The translations under genes were made by a program, and so were the position numbers. Of a DNA stretch of 32,000 nt, positions 1-7,663 are shown piece after piece (positions within the stretch are counted from its first letter, which is position 1; the number at the start of each line of letters is the position of its first letter). The stretch spans positions 18,397 to 50,396 of the forward strand of contig JACPHJ010000188.1 in the NCBI GenBank assembly GCA_016188675.1, given 5' to 3'. This DNA comes from Planctomycetota bacterium (GTDB lineage: Bacteria; Planctomycetota; Brocadiia; Brocadiales; Brocadiaceae). The notes beneath the pieces are model-generated. The model did not search any database and was not told the origin of the DNA. It worked only from the letters and a program-made list of their open reading frames with translations.

Positions 1-214
1 TATCCTGATTCCTTGTTGTCTTTTTTGTGATCCTTTGGGGTACGACTTTTGAATCATGAGACGCTTTTACCCATTCTTCTATCTTTTCCATGTCAAAACG
101 CCGGAGTCCGTTGAGCTTAAAAGACGGTATTCGCTTTTGATTTGCCCAGGAGTACAGGGTTGATTCTTTGACTTTCAGAAATCCTGAGACCTCTTTTATG
201 GTCGCTATTCTCAT
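1..214 (-). CDS. Excisionase-family (Xis/AlpA-like) helix-turn-helix DNA-binding protein; 3' end lies beyond the window
   Basis: Absent from the ORF track because it runs off the left edge. The reverse complement from the ATG at 214-212 reads MRIATIKEVSGFLKVKESTLYSWANQKRIPSFKLNGLRRFDMEKIEEWVKASHDSK... This is the typical short excisionase-type HTH pattern (..S.lY.W...g.iP..k.g...rF....i..W). The start lies 2 nt after the stop of the rep-like gene. Confidence 0.65.
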   Translation of the reverse strand, partial: MRIATIKEVSGFLKVKESTLYSWANQKRIPSFKLNGLRRFDMEKIEEWVKASHDSKVVPQRITKKTTRNQD

Positions 215-216
215 GG

Positions 217-1317
217 TTAACCCCCTGATGTCTTGTTGTATTTCTTCATTTTTATATGAATCTTTGTCTTTAAGTATTCTTCATCATTTCCTTTTGTTTG
301 TTCCCTGAGATAGTTTTTTGCCTTATCTAAATACTCATTGACGGTTTCATGATTTACGCTTTCATGTCCTTCCCTGGCTGCGTATGCCGTTATATACCCA
401 ATGCCATTTTGGAATAATGTCTTATCGCTGGGCATCCTTGATTTATTTACCTGTCTTAATATCCCGGTGAATTTACCGTCATTAAATCTTACCGCCTGAA
501 TCTTTTCCCATAGTGGGTTTGTTTTCCATCGTGTTTTATTTTCCGTGTTTTCCGGTATTGCGAGTCTTAACCAATCACGGGTACAGTAACCCCATACGTC
601 ATTGATTTTCTCATTCATTTCTGAAAATGTGTTTATTGACATTTGCTTTAAAAATCCCCTTCTCAATTGAAATTCAAGTCTCCATACCCTTTGGAATGTA
701 TCCCACCCTTGTTTTTCCCATAGCCCTTTGAGATAATCCTTATGACTCGTTAAAATTTCCGTGGTCTTGTCATAAACCCTTGCTAAAATATCCCCGCCCT
801 TTCCAATCGTCCACCCGGTGAGTATATCGCCGTCCCAATATTTACCGGTCTTTTGCGCTCTCGCAATCCAGGAGACCTTTTCAATCGCTTCAAATTCTCT
901 ATCGGTAACAAAATCAGTAAAGACATCGGTTCTGCTGATAGTTTCTTCTTCTATCTTTTCTAAGAGCATATTTACTGTTTTTCTTAATTCATTCATAGAG
1001 TTATCAAGACCATAACAGGTTAGGAGTTCGCTCGACACCTGAACATATATTTGTGGGAGTTTTTGTCTCTTACTTCCCGACACCTGGACACGGTACCAAT
1101 TATCAACCAGGATAAATGGATACCATTTAGCGCCTCTGTCCATTACCTCAAAGCAGTGGTCATCAATGGTCATTCTTGCCGATGCTTGTTCCTTTTCATC
1201 TTCTGATTGAGCCAGTTTCTTTTTTTCTCCCAGGTGTTCTTTTATCCCTTCTTTGAGCGTACCCTTATAAGATACATATAAACTATCAATTCCTTTAAAT
1301 ACCTCTTTAAACTCCAT
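217..1317 (-). CDS. Rep_trans-like (rolling-circle type) replication initiation protein of a mobile element
   Basis: The ORF track gives 217..1332 with a TTG start. I prefer the ATG at 1317, which has GGAGGG 7 nt upstream. The blocks GGDILARVYDKTTEI and VWRLEFQLRR match my memory of the conserved (R/K)(I/V)YDK..E and RxExxxR blocks of 'replication initiation factor' proteins from integrated phage- or plasmid-like elements. Confidence 0.6.
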   Translation of the reverse strand: MEFKEVFKGIDSLYVSYKGTLKEGIKEHLGEKKKLAQSEDEKEQASARMTIDDHCFEVMDRGAKWYPFILVDNWYRVQVSGSKRQKLPQIYVQVSSELLTCYGLDNSMNELRKTVNMLLEKIEEETISRTDVFTDFVTDREFEAIEKVSWIARAQKTGKYWDGDILTGWTIGKGGDILARVYDKTTEILTSHKDYLKGLWEKQGWDTFQRVWRLEFQLRRGFLKQMSINTFSEMNEKINDVWGYCTRDWLRLAIPENTENKTRWKTNPLWEKIQAVRFNDGKFTGILRQVNKSRMPSDKTLFQNGIGYITAYAAREGHESVNHETVNEYLDKAKNYLREQTKGNDEEYLKTKIHIKMKKYNKTSGG

Positions 1318-1955
1318 CTTTAAACCCTCCAAAAATAGTTCCCTGTAATTTGGCGGTGCTGTGTTACTAGGCTTCGCACCGCATGTATTATTACCAGCCC
1401 TTGTAATCTTTATCTGACCGTTATTATTGTTCCGCTAACCCAACACAGGTTTGCTTGCGCCTGCATATTTATGTTACCTGCGTACTTGCCGTATCTGGGC
1501 AGTACGCCTAAGGAATGGCGCAAGTACATTGTTGTGCCAGGGTATGGACATCCATACACTACTTAAAATATGGCTGTTCATCTGCTTTTCCTCAGGTACG
1601 TACGCGTGCGTGCTTCGTTGCGCTCCCGCTGACGCTCCGCTCCACTCAGCACACACGTACCATAAGTGTTTTCCATAAAAGACCTCATTTGATTTTTTCA
1701 TCCCTTAAATTCCTTTTTTACATTAACGATTTCGGACTTTTAATCTTTGATTTCGTTTACTGACCAGACGATCTAATTTGCACCAAGTTATATTTTCCCC
1801 AAATTCAACATTCTTTGTCCTTCTCCACCACAAAAACGATCCCCCTTATACACCTTATACATTCCCTTCCCTCTTCGCTTCGTACAAGACACTACGCAAA
1901 GAGCGAAGGCTTAACACCCATTTCTTCGCGCAACCCTTTTATCCCCTCCAGGCCA

Positions 1956-2000
1956 CAGCATTCTTTCATTTTCTACACAACAGAAAATCAAAGAATGCTG
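1956..2000. repeat. 45-nt inverted repeat (19-nt arms with 1 mismatch, 7-nt loop) in the noncoding region upstream of rep; candidate origin or operator hairpin
   Basis: The arm cagcattctttcattttct (1956-1974) pairs with agaaaatcaaagaatgctg (1982-2000). The reverse complement differs at a single position. Confidence 0.6.
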
Positions 2001-2020
2001 TGATTATTAATAAAAAATGC

Positions 2021-2070
2021 AATAAAAAAAGCCGAGACTACAGTTGAACAAATCAACTACAATCCCGGCT
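2021..2070 (-). terminator. Rho-independent terminator of the HTH / zinc-ribbon operon
   Basis: On the minus strand, GCCGGGAUUGUAGUUGA (2069-2053) pairs over all 17 positions with UCAACUGUAGUCUCGGC (2047-2031). This uses 4 G-U wobbles that exist only in the minus-strand RNA. The loop is 5 nt, followed by UUUUUUU (2030-2024) and further U-rich sequence. Confidence 0.7.
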
Positions 2071-2129
2071 TCTTTGTCTTAAAAGACTTCTTTGCCGTTT
2101 ATTTATTTAATTTATTTATGTCTTATTGC

Positions 2130-2330
2130 TTATATATCAACTTCAATTGTTGTTTTACACTTAGGGCATATTCCTAATTTATTTCTGTCTATATAAAACT
2201 TTTTTAGATACCCTATTTTATATATTTCATAAGTCGAAGTTTTGATTTTAATCTGCTTATTGCACTTGGGATTTGGACATTTCCCGTCTTTTGTAAGACT
2301 GTAAAATACCTCTGCGGCTTTAATTCTCAT
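2130..2330 (-). CDS. Small zinc-ribbon protein (CxxC ... CxxC), function unknown
   Basis: 66 aa with CPNPKC near the N-terminal third and CPKC near the C-terminus. There is a strong AAGGAGA Shine-Dalgarno 6 nt before the ATG. The gene starts 13 nt after the stop of the upstream gene. Confidence 0.6.
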   Translation of the reverse strand: MRIKAAEVFYSLTKDGKCPNPKCNKQIKIKTSTYEIYKIGYLKKFYIDRNKLGICPKCKTTIEVDI

Positions 2331-2343
2331 GAATCATCTCCTT

Positions 2344-2808
2344 TTATTCTTTTTCTCTATTTTTCATGTATGCTTCAAGGGTTTTCATGTCAACGAAGAC
2401 ATAGCAACCAGCTTTTGGAGGTTGGAATTTTATAAAAGGCCGAATCCAAAAAGGAAGCTCTTTTACTTCTTCTTTAAAATCTTCCTCTGTATAAAATGGC
2501 TCATCTGCCTTCATTCGATATACCCTTATTTTACCTTCTGCTTCAAGCTGATGTACTCTTGCCCTGGTTATGCCCACCCTGCCAGAAGCCCCACCTGGGC
2601 TTAAAAGATAACCTTCACATCTTTCTACGATCTCATCGTACTCTTCCCGTGACTTTAACCAAATAGTTCCAGTCCCGCCCTCTTCTGCCTGTTCAAGTTC
2701 TTTTTGAAGCCTTTTCTTTTCCTTCTTAGATAAAGTACCAGATTTAATCAGGTCTTTTATTACTTCAAATGAGCTTATCTTTGTTGTTTCATCATCTTTG
2801 TTTTTCAC
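2344..2808 (-). CDS. Putative HTH DNA-binding regulator of the mobile element
   Basis: 154 aa with a GTG start preceded by AAGAGGG. The segment LSPGGASGRVGITRARVHQLEAEGKI looks like a sigma-70 region-4 or LuxR-type helix-turn-helix. No confident family call. Confidence 0.5.
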   Translation of the reverse strand: MKNKDDETTKISSFEVIKDLIKSGTLSKKEKKRLQKELEQAEEGGTGTIWLKSREEYDEIVERCEGYLLSPGGASGRVGITRARVHQLEAEGKIRVYRMKADEPFYTEEDFKEEVKELPFWIRPFIKFQPPKAGCYVFVDMKTLEAYMKNREKE

Positions 2809-2854
2809 AAGTATTACCCTCTTAACGTTATGTAATAGGTATTAATTAACAATA

Positions 2855-2883
2855 TATATAATATATAATTAACATGTTGTCAA
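2855..2883 (-). promoter_or_regulatory. Sigma-70-like promoter for the HTH / zinc-ribbon operon
   Basis: Minus strand: TTGACA (2883-2878), a 17-nt spacer, then TATATA (2860-2855). It sits in a very AT-rich island about 45 nt upstream of the GTG start. Confidence 0.4.
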
Positions 2884-3236
2884 GTGTGAATCGATTATTT
2901 TTATGCATACCCTGCTGTGTTTCGTTGTGCAGACGCATGACTTAAGCTCCACAAAGCACGTTGTTCTGTATTGAAAATAACGGTTGAAATAATTTTTTGA
3001 ATACCATATACTCGGTTCAAGCATTCAGTTGACACATCTGAAGAACAAGAATAAAAGTGGGCTTTATTGGTATGAATAAAAAAATTCTTGAAGGGTATTA
3101 TGTTGCGAACAAAAATAGTATGTAGCGCAGACATCCTGCCTGCTGTTGAATTTAACACTATGGAGGCTGGAAGCCTGCGATACCACCTTTTCCGACTCGT
3201 TCGGATTTAATCTTTTTTAAACAGGGGAATGACAAG

Positions 3237-6200
3237 ATGAGAAAACTGGACAGGGTTTTTGCAATGTCCGCAGCGCTTTTTCTGACTGTGTTTTGCATAT
3301 CGGACATCTTCTCTTCCCATCATCTGATGGCATCCACGGATAGTATGACGTGGACTACTAGGAGCTCGGGTACGAGTAATACCCTCAGTAGAATCACTTA
3401 CGGCAATTCGACCTTTATTGCTGTTGGGGAGGAGGGAACAATCGTTACTTCACCAGACGGCGTGACATGGACGACCAGGGATTCTGGTACAACTAAGTCT
3501 CTCACAGGAATCACTTACGGTAATTCGACCTTTGTGGCTGTGGGGAGTGATGGAACAATTGTTACTTCACCAGACGGTGTGACGTGGACGACCAGGGATT
3601 CTGGTACTACCAAGTATCTCAGTAGAATCACCTACGGTAATTCGACCTTTGTGGCTGTGGGGGGTGGTTATAATAGTGGAATAGTCGTTACTTCATCAGA
3701 CGGCGTGACGTGGACGGCTAGGAATTGGCGTACGGGTTATCCCCCCGGTGGAATCACCTACGGTAACTCGACCTTTGTGGCTGTGGCTTATAGGGACGCC
3801 TTTACCTCGTCAGACGGGATAACGTGGAGCAAGTCTGGCTCCTTACCAATTGACTCGACTATATCCATATATGATATTACCTACGGCAATTCGATTTTTG
3901 TAGCTGTGGCTAATTTGGGAAAAATTTTTACCTCGACAGACTGCGTGACGTGGACGACTAGACGCTCAAGTGGAATGGATGGTTATTGGGGGATACGAGG
4001 AGTCGCCTATGGCAACTCGACCTTTGTGGCTGTGGCTGGTGGTGGATTTTACTACACCTCGCCGGACGGGATAACGTGGACGACTAAGAACTCGAGTAGT
4101 ATTTATAGCCTCAATAAAGTTGCCTACGGTAACTCGACCTTTGTGGCTGTGGGGTGGGATGGTAGAATCGTTCAATCAAGTTCAGATGCAACAACGCCGA
4201 CTCCTTCTCCCTCCCCAACGCCTTCACCAACGCCCGATGCATCTCCAACGCCAACCACTTGTACTGACAGTTACGAGCCTAATGATAGTTCTTCCACCGC
4301 TTACGGCCCTCTGTCCTCAGGCGCAAGCTACAGCGGGAAGATTTGCTCGGATAGTGACGTGGACTGGTTTAAGGTCAATATAACAACCGCAGGCACGATT
4401 TCCATAAACTTAACCGTACCGTCCTCCAACGATTATTATGTGGAACTCTACGGGCCGTCATACACATGGGTGGCAGGGTATGACAACGGCGGTACAGGCG
4501 CAAGCGAATCAATCAGCTACAGCGCCACCACCACGGGGAACTACTACATAAGAGTTCTGGGATACAATGGCTCATACAATACCACAAACGCATATACACT
4601 GACATATACTTTTACAGCATCAGCAACGTCCACTCCAACCCCGTCTCCGTCACCAACCCCAACACCAGAAGCAACGCCAACATCAACAACAATAACCCCA
4701 AAGATCGCAGCAGGAGATTCTCACACCCTTGCCTTGAAATCAGACGGTACGGTCTGGGCTTGGGGAGGTAATGATTATGGTCAGTTGGGTGATGGAACTA
4801 CCACCGACAAAAGCACACCCGTACAAGTGAGTGGTCTCAGTAGTGTTACCGCTATTTCTGCTGGTAAAAGGTACTATAGCCTTGCTTTGAAGTCAGACGG
4901 TACGGTTTGGGCTTGGGGAGATAATAGTATTGGTCAATTGGGAGATGGGACGACTACCAAAAGGATCACGCCTGTCCAGGTGAGTAGTCTCAGCGGTGTC
5001 ACTGCTATTGTTGCTGGATTGTATCATAGCCTGGCTTTGAAGTCGGATGGCACAGTTTGGGCTTGGGGTTGGAATAATTATGGTCAATTGGGAGATGGGG
5101 GAACTAATTGGAGTAGTAGTACACCCATACAGGTGAGCGGAATCAGCGGCGTTATTGCCATTTCTGGTAGAAGGGATCACAGCCTAGCTTTGAAGTCAGA
5201 TGGCACGGTTTGGGTATGGGGATGGAACGAAGATGGTCAATTGGGAGATGGAACTACCACAAATAGAAGTACTCCGGTACAGGTGAGTAGCATTAGCAGC
5301 ATTGCCGCCATTGCGGGTGGAGATTCGCACAGTTTGGCTTTGAAGTCTGACGGTACAGTATGGGCATGGGGTAATAATAGTAATGGAATTTTAGGTGATG
5401 GTACCACTACAAATAGAAACACACCCGTACAAGTGAGCGGACTTAGTGGGGTTACTGCCATTACTAGCGGAGGTGGTAACAACTTGGCCTTAAAGTCAGA
5501 TGGCACAGTCTGTGCCTGGGGATTGAATGGTGGTGGACAATTGGGTGATGGGACCACCACTAACAGAAGCACACCTGTACAGGTAAATGATCTCAATCGT
5601 GTTACAGCCATTGCTTGTGGTGGTCACAGCCTGGCCTTGAAGGCAGATGGTACGCTCTGGGCTTGGGGATATAATGATTATGGGCAATTAGGGGACGGGA
5701 CGACCACGAACAGAACTACACCTATTCAAATTGATATTAATCTAGGTCAGACTATTACATCAACACCAACACCTCAAGTAACACCATCGCCGTCTCCAAC
5801 CCCAACAGTTACAGCATCGGCAACACCGACAACGACTCCGGGTGGTACTCCACATATTGATAATCTCTCTCCTGTATTTGGGGCACCAGGTACCAACGTT
5901 ACTATTGCCGGGTCTAATTTTGGCGCTGAACAAGGATCAAGTAAGGTGAACTTTAGTACTGTTTCTGCTGATATTACTTCCTGGAGTGACACAGAAATTC
6001 AGGCAACCGTTTCTTCGTTATCTGCCGGGACATATGATGTAACTGTATCAACAGATGGCGGAACAAGTAATTCTATATCCTTTCTTTTGACTGAATCTCA
6101 GTCTGGAGGTGATTTCTCCGTTAAAGTAACACCTGCACAGCAGACAATAGTTCAAGGTTCATCTATTACCTACTCAGTGCTTGTGAAGTCGGCAAATGGT

Positions 6201-7223
6201 TTCAACCAATCTGTTACATTGGCTGCCGAGGGATTACCTTCGGGAGCATCAGCAGAGTTTAGCCCAAATCCAATATCACCGGGTGAAAGCTCAGTTTTGA
6301 CTATTTCGACTACAACAAATACGTCTATTGGAATGTACTCTTTTAAAGTCAAAGGTAGTGGCAACGGCTTGACACGTAAAGCAAAGGCCAAATTACAAGT
6401 GAAGCGTGCCAGCGGGGCTGTCCTCAGTTTTCAGCGATCATATAGTTCTGAGAAACCTTTGCTTTTAACCTTTCAGTATAAAAACCAAACCGAAGACAAA
6501 ATTGAGGCAAAAGTAACCTTATGTAATCTCACCGGTACATGGATAAAGGCATCCCTGAACTTCGAGGAAGGAGACCATCCTGTATCTGTTAAAGATGAAC
6601 AAGTGCCGTATGTAATTCTTTTAGGCCCGTATGTCTCGAAATCATTGGGAACGATTACGTTCAGCGAAGGTGAGTATTTACAATATGACGGGAAAAGAAC
6701 AGGTATTGAGGCAATCTTTGCCTTGACGATAGATTTATTCCTCAGGGGTACGTTAGGTTATGAGGTTCCGCCGGATTTTTTCTTTAACATTTATTCGGGA
6801 GTAGAGTATGCTGCTACATTGGCTGGCGATATTATACAAGAAATTGCAGACGAAAAGCTCGGTTGTTCAGGTTCTGCCGGAAAAATGGGAGTGGATTTAG
6901 TAAGTGGAAATATTACCGACTCTCTTACAGATTTAGCGGATTTCTTGGGATGCATGGGTACAATTAAAAAAGATATGCAGAAACTATTTGTGAAAATTCT
7001 AAAGGATAAAAAGCTTGCAAAAAAGGGTGCGAATTATTTGGACGACAAGGTTTCACTTCTTCAACTTTTAGAATTTCCAGAACATGCACAGCAGTTTGCT
7101 AATCTTATGTGTCCAAGCCTTGGACAGGGTGATTCCATTAGTGGATTTATTGAAAGTCTAGGGCTTTGCACCACAGTTGGTTCACCATTGGAAGGTCACG
7201 TTCGTTTAGATGCTAAAAAATGA
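3237..7223 (+). CDS. Giant secreted multidomain surface or adhesin-like protein (twin beta-propellers, PPC, IPT/TIG, Ig-like, unknown C-terminal domain)
   Basis: N-terminal signal peptide (MRKLDRVFAMSAALFLTVFCISDIF...). Domain map in nt: ~3345-4187, seven ~40-aa repeats (W(T/S)xR..G....l..I(T/A)YGNSTFVAVG..G.I.TS.DG.T). 4188-4257, PT-rich linker. ~4259-4612, pre-peptidase C-terminal (PPC)-type domain (DVDWFKV...NDYYVELYGP...GNYYIRVLGY...YTLTYTF). 4613-4700, PT linker. ~4701-5737, seven RCC1 repeats ([31 protein letters not shown]). ~5755-5848, PT linker. ~5850-6085, IPT/TIG-like domain. ~6112-6400, Ig-like beta-sandwich. 6407-7220, no recognisable domain and no PEP-CTERM, LPXTG or T9SS-like tail. 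AGGGGA Shine-Dalgarno before the ATG. Confidence 0.9.
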   Translation: MRKLDRVFAMSAALFLTVFCISDIFSSHHLMASTDSMTWTTRSSGTSNTLSRITYGNSTFIAVGEEGTIVTSPDGVTWTTRDSGTTKSLTGITYGNSTFVAVGSDGTIVTSPDGVTWTTRDSGTTKYLSRITYGNSTFVAVGGGYNSGIVVTSSDGVTWTARNWRTGYPPGGITYGNSTFVAVAYRDAFTSSDGITWSKSGSLPIDSTISIYDITYGNSIFVAVANLGKIFTSTDCVTWTTRRSSGMDGYWGIRGVAYGNSTFVAVAGGGFYYTSPDGITWTTKNSSSIYSLNKVAYGNSTFVAVGWDGRIVQSSSDATTPTPSPSPTPSPTPDASPTPTTCTDSYEPNDSSSTAYGPLSSGASYSGKICSDSDVDWFKVNITTAGTISINLTVPSSNDYYVELYGPSYTWVAGYDNGGTGASESISYSATTTGNYYIRVLGYNGSYNTTNAYTLTYTFTASATSTPTPSPSPTPTPEATPTSTTITPKIAAGDSHTLALKSDGTVWAWGGNDYGQLGDGTTTDKSTPVQVSGLSSVTAISAGKRYYSLALKSDGTVWAWGDNSIGQLGDGTTTKRITPVQVSSLSGVTAIVAGLYHSLALKSDGTVWAWGWNNYGQLGDGGTNWSSSTPIQVSGISGVIAISGRRDHSLALKSDGTVWVWGWNEDGQLGDGTTTNRSTPVQVSSISSIAAIAGGDSHSLALKSDGTVWAWGNNSNGILGDGTTTNRNTPVQVSGLSGVTAITSGGGNNLALKSDGTVCAWGLNGGGQLGDGTTTNRSTPVQVNDLNRVTAIACGGHSLALKADGTLWAWGYNDYGQLGDGTTTNRTTPIQIDINLGQTITSTPTPQVTPSPSPTPTVTASATPTTTPGGTPHIDNLSPVFGAPGTNVTIAGSNFGAEQGSSKVNFSTVSADITSWSDTEIQATVSSLSAGTYDVTVSTDGGTSNSISFLLTESQSGGDFSVKVTPAQQTIVQGSSITYSVLVKSANGFNQSVTLAAEGLPSGASAEFSPNPISPGESSVLTISTTTNTSIGMYSFKVKGSGNGLTRKAKAKLQVKRASGAVLSFQRSYSSEKPLLLTFQYKNQTEDKIEAKVTLCNLTGTWIKASLNFEEGDHPVSVKDEQVPYVILLGPYVSKSLGTITFSEGEYLQYDGKRTGIEAIFALTIDLFLRGTLGYEVPPDFFFNIYSGVEYAATLAGDIIQEIADEKLGCSGSAGKMGVDLVSGNITDSLTDLADFLGCMGTIKKDMQKLFVKILKDKKLAKKGANYLDDKVSLLQLLEFPEHAQQFANLMCPSLGQGDSISGFIESLGLCTTVGSPLEGHVRLDAKK
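3345..4187 (+). repeat. Seven tandem ~120-bp intragenic repeats (propeller 1), several near-identical at the DNA level
   Basis: For example, 3455-3547 versus 3571-3663 differ at only a few positions (ccagacggYgtgacRtggacgaccagggattctggtac...acggtaattcgacctttgtggctgtgggg). Confidence 0.85.
4701..5737 (+). repeat. Seven tandem ~155-bp RCC1-type repeats (propeller 2)
   Basis: The unit gctttgaagtc(a/g)ga(c/t)gg(t/c)ac(g/a)gt(t/c)tgggc(t/a)tgggg... recurs seven times with about 51-aa periodicity. Confidence 0.85.
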
Positions 7224-7232
7224 AGTGAGAAG

Positions 7233-7271
7233 GAATCTGTGCAATTCGTAATTAAAAATTACAGATTTTTT
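7233..7271 (+). terminator. Probable intrinsic terminator of the giant gene (AATCTGT/ACAGATT-core hairpin plus T-run)
   Basis: gaatctgt (7233-7240) pairs with acagatt(t) (7261-7268). Inner aatt/aatt pairing is also possible. A run of six T follows at 7266-7271. The hairpin begins 10 nt after the stop codon. Confidence 0.5.
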
Positions 7272-7663
7272 AGAGGTGGTCAAATAAATAGCCGGAATTT
7301 TTAATGTTTTACCACGGAGGGACACGGAAAAGAACGAAGCCTTGGGGTAACAGTTTAGCGCACCGCAGAGAATGCTGAGATCGCAGAAGTTGTTGGATGA
7401 AAAACAGAAACATTATGAAATATTAGGGTTTGAGTTACAAGCTTTGAACCAGCAAATAAACACAAAACGGGGGAAGCGTTCGGGTATGACAAAAACCGTA
7501 CATGCAAATTTCTGGACAACGCTGATGTGGAATACTTGTTATTGAAAATATCCACCTGATATTTTATTAGTGGTATTACGGAAATGAAAAAGGACTTTAA
7601 AAACTGGATAGACTCAGCCCTGTATGATTTGGAGACATTGAAGTGAGAGATGCTTAATATACT

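Larger units (their letters stand above)
1..2900 (-). mobile_element. Partial integrative or replicative mobile element (rep, xis-like HTH, regulator, zinc-ribbon gene); left end outside the window, right border approximate
   Basis: All genes are co-oriented on the minus strand: promoter, 154-aa HTH, 66-aa zinc ribbon, terminator, long noncoding region with a large inverted repeat, rep, then xis-like. No housekeeping functions are present. An AT-rich promoter island sits at 2810-2900. The expected integrase and att sites are not visible. Confidence 0.5.

Noticed and set aside
1451-2047. Five overlapping 62-89-aa ORFs in the rep upstream region
   Set aside because: They are mutually overlapping on both strands with low-complexity translations and no Shine-Dalgarno. 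The region is better explained as origin or regulatory DNA.
2901-3158. 85-aa minus-strand ORF between the mobile element and the giant gene
   Set aside because: No Shine-Dalgarno. Its N-terminus (..AGRMSAL..) is just the translation of the palindromic motif tagcgcagacatcctgcctgc. I treat the region as noncoding and a possible element border.
3966-6391. Multiple 63-124-aa ORFs on either strand inside the giant gene
   Set aside because: They are off-frame or antisense readings of the repetitive coding sequence. Their periodic repeats mirror the RCC1 and propeller repeats.
7584-7646. 20-codon ORF MKKDFKNWIDSALYDLETLK resembling a HEPN N-terminus
   Set aside because: It is too short to call as a gene or pseudogene. 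It is mentioned only as context in the zeta-like finding.
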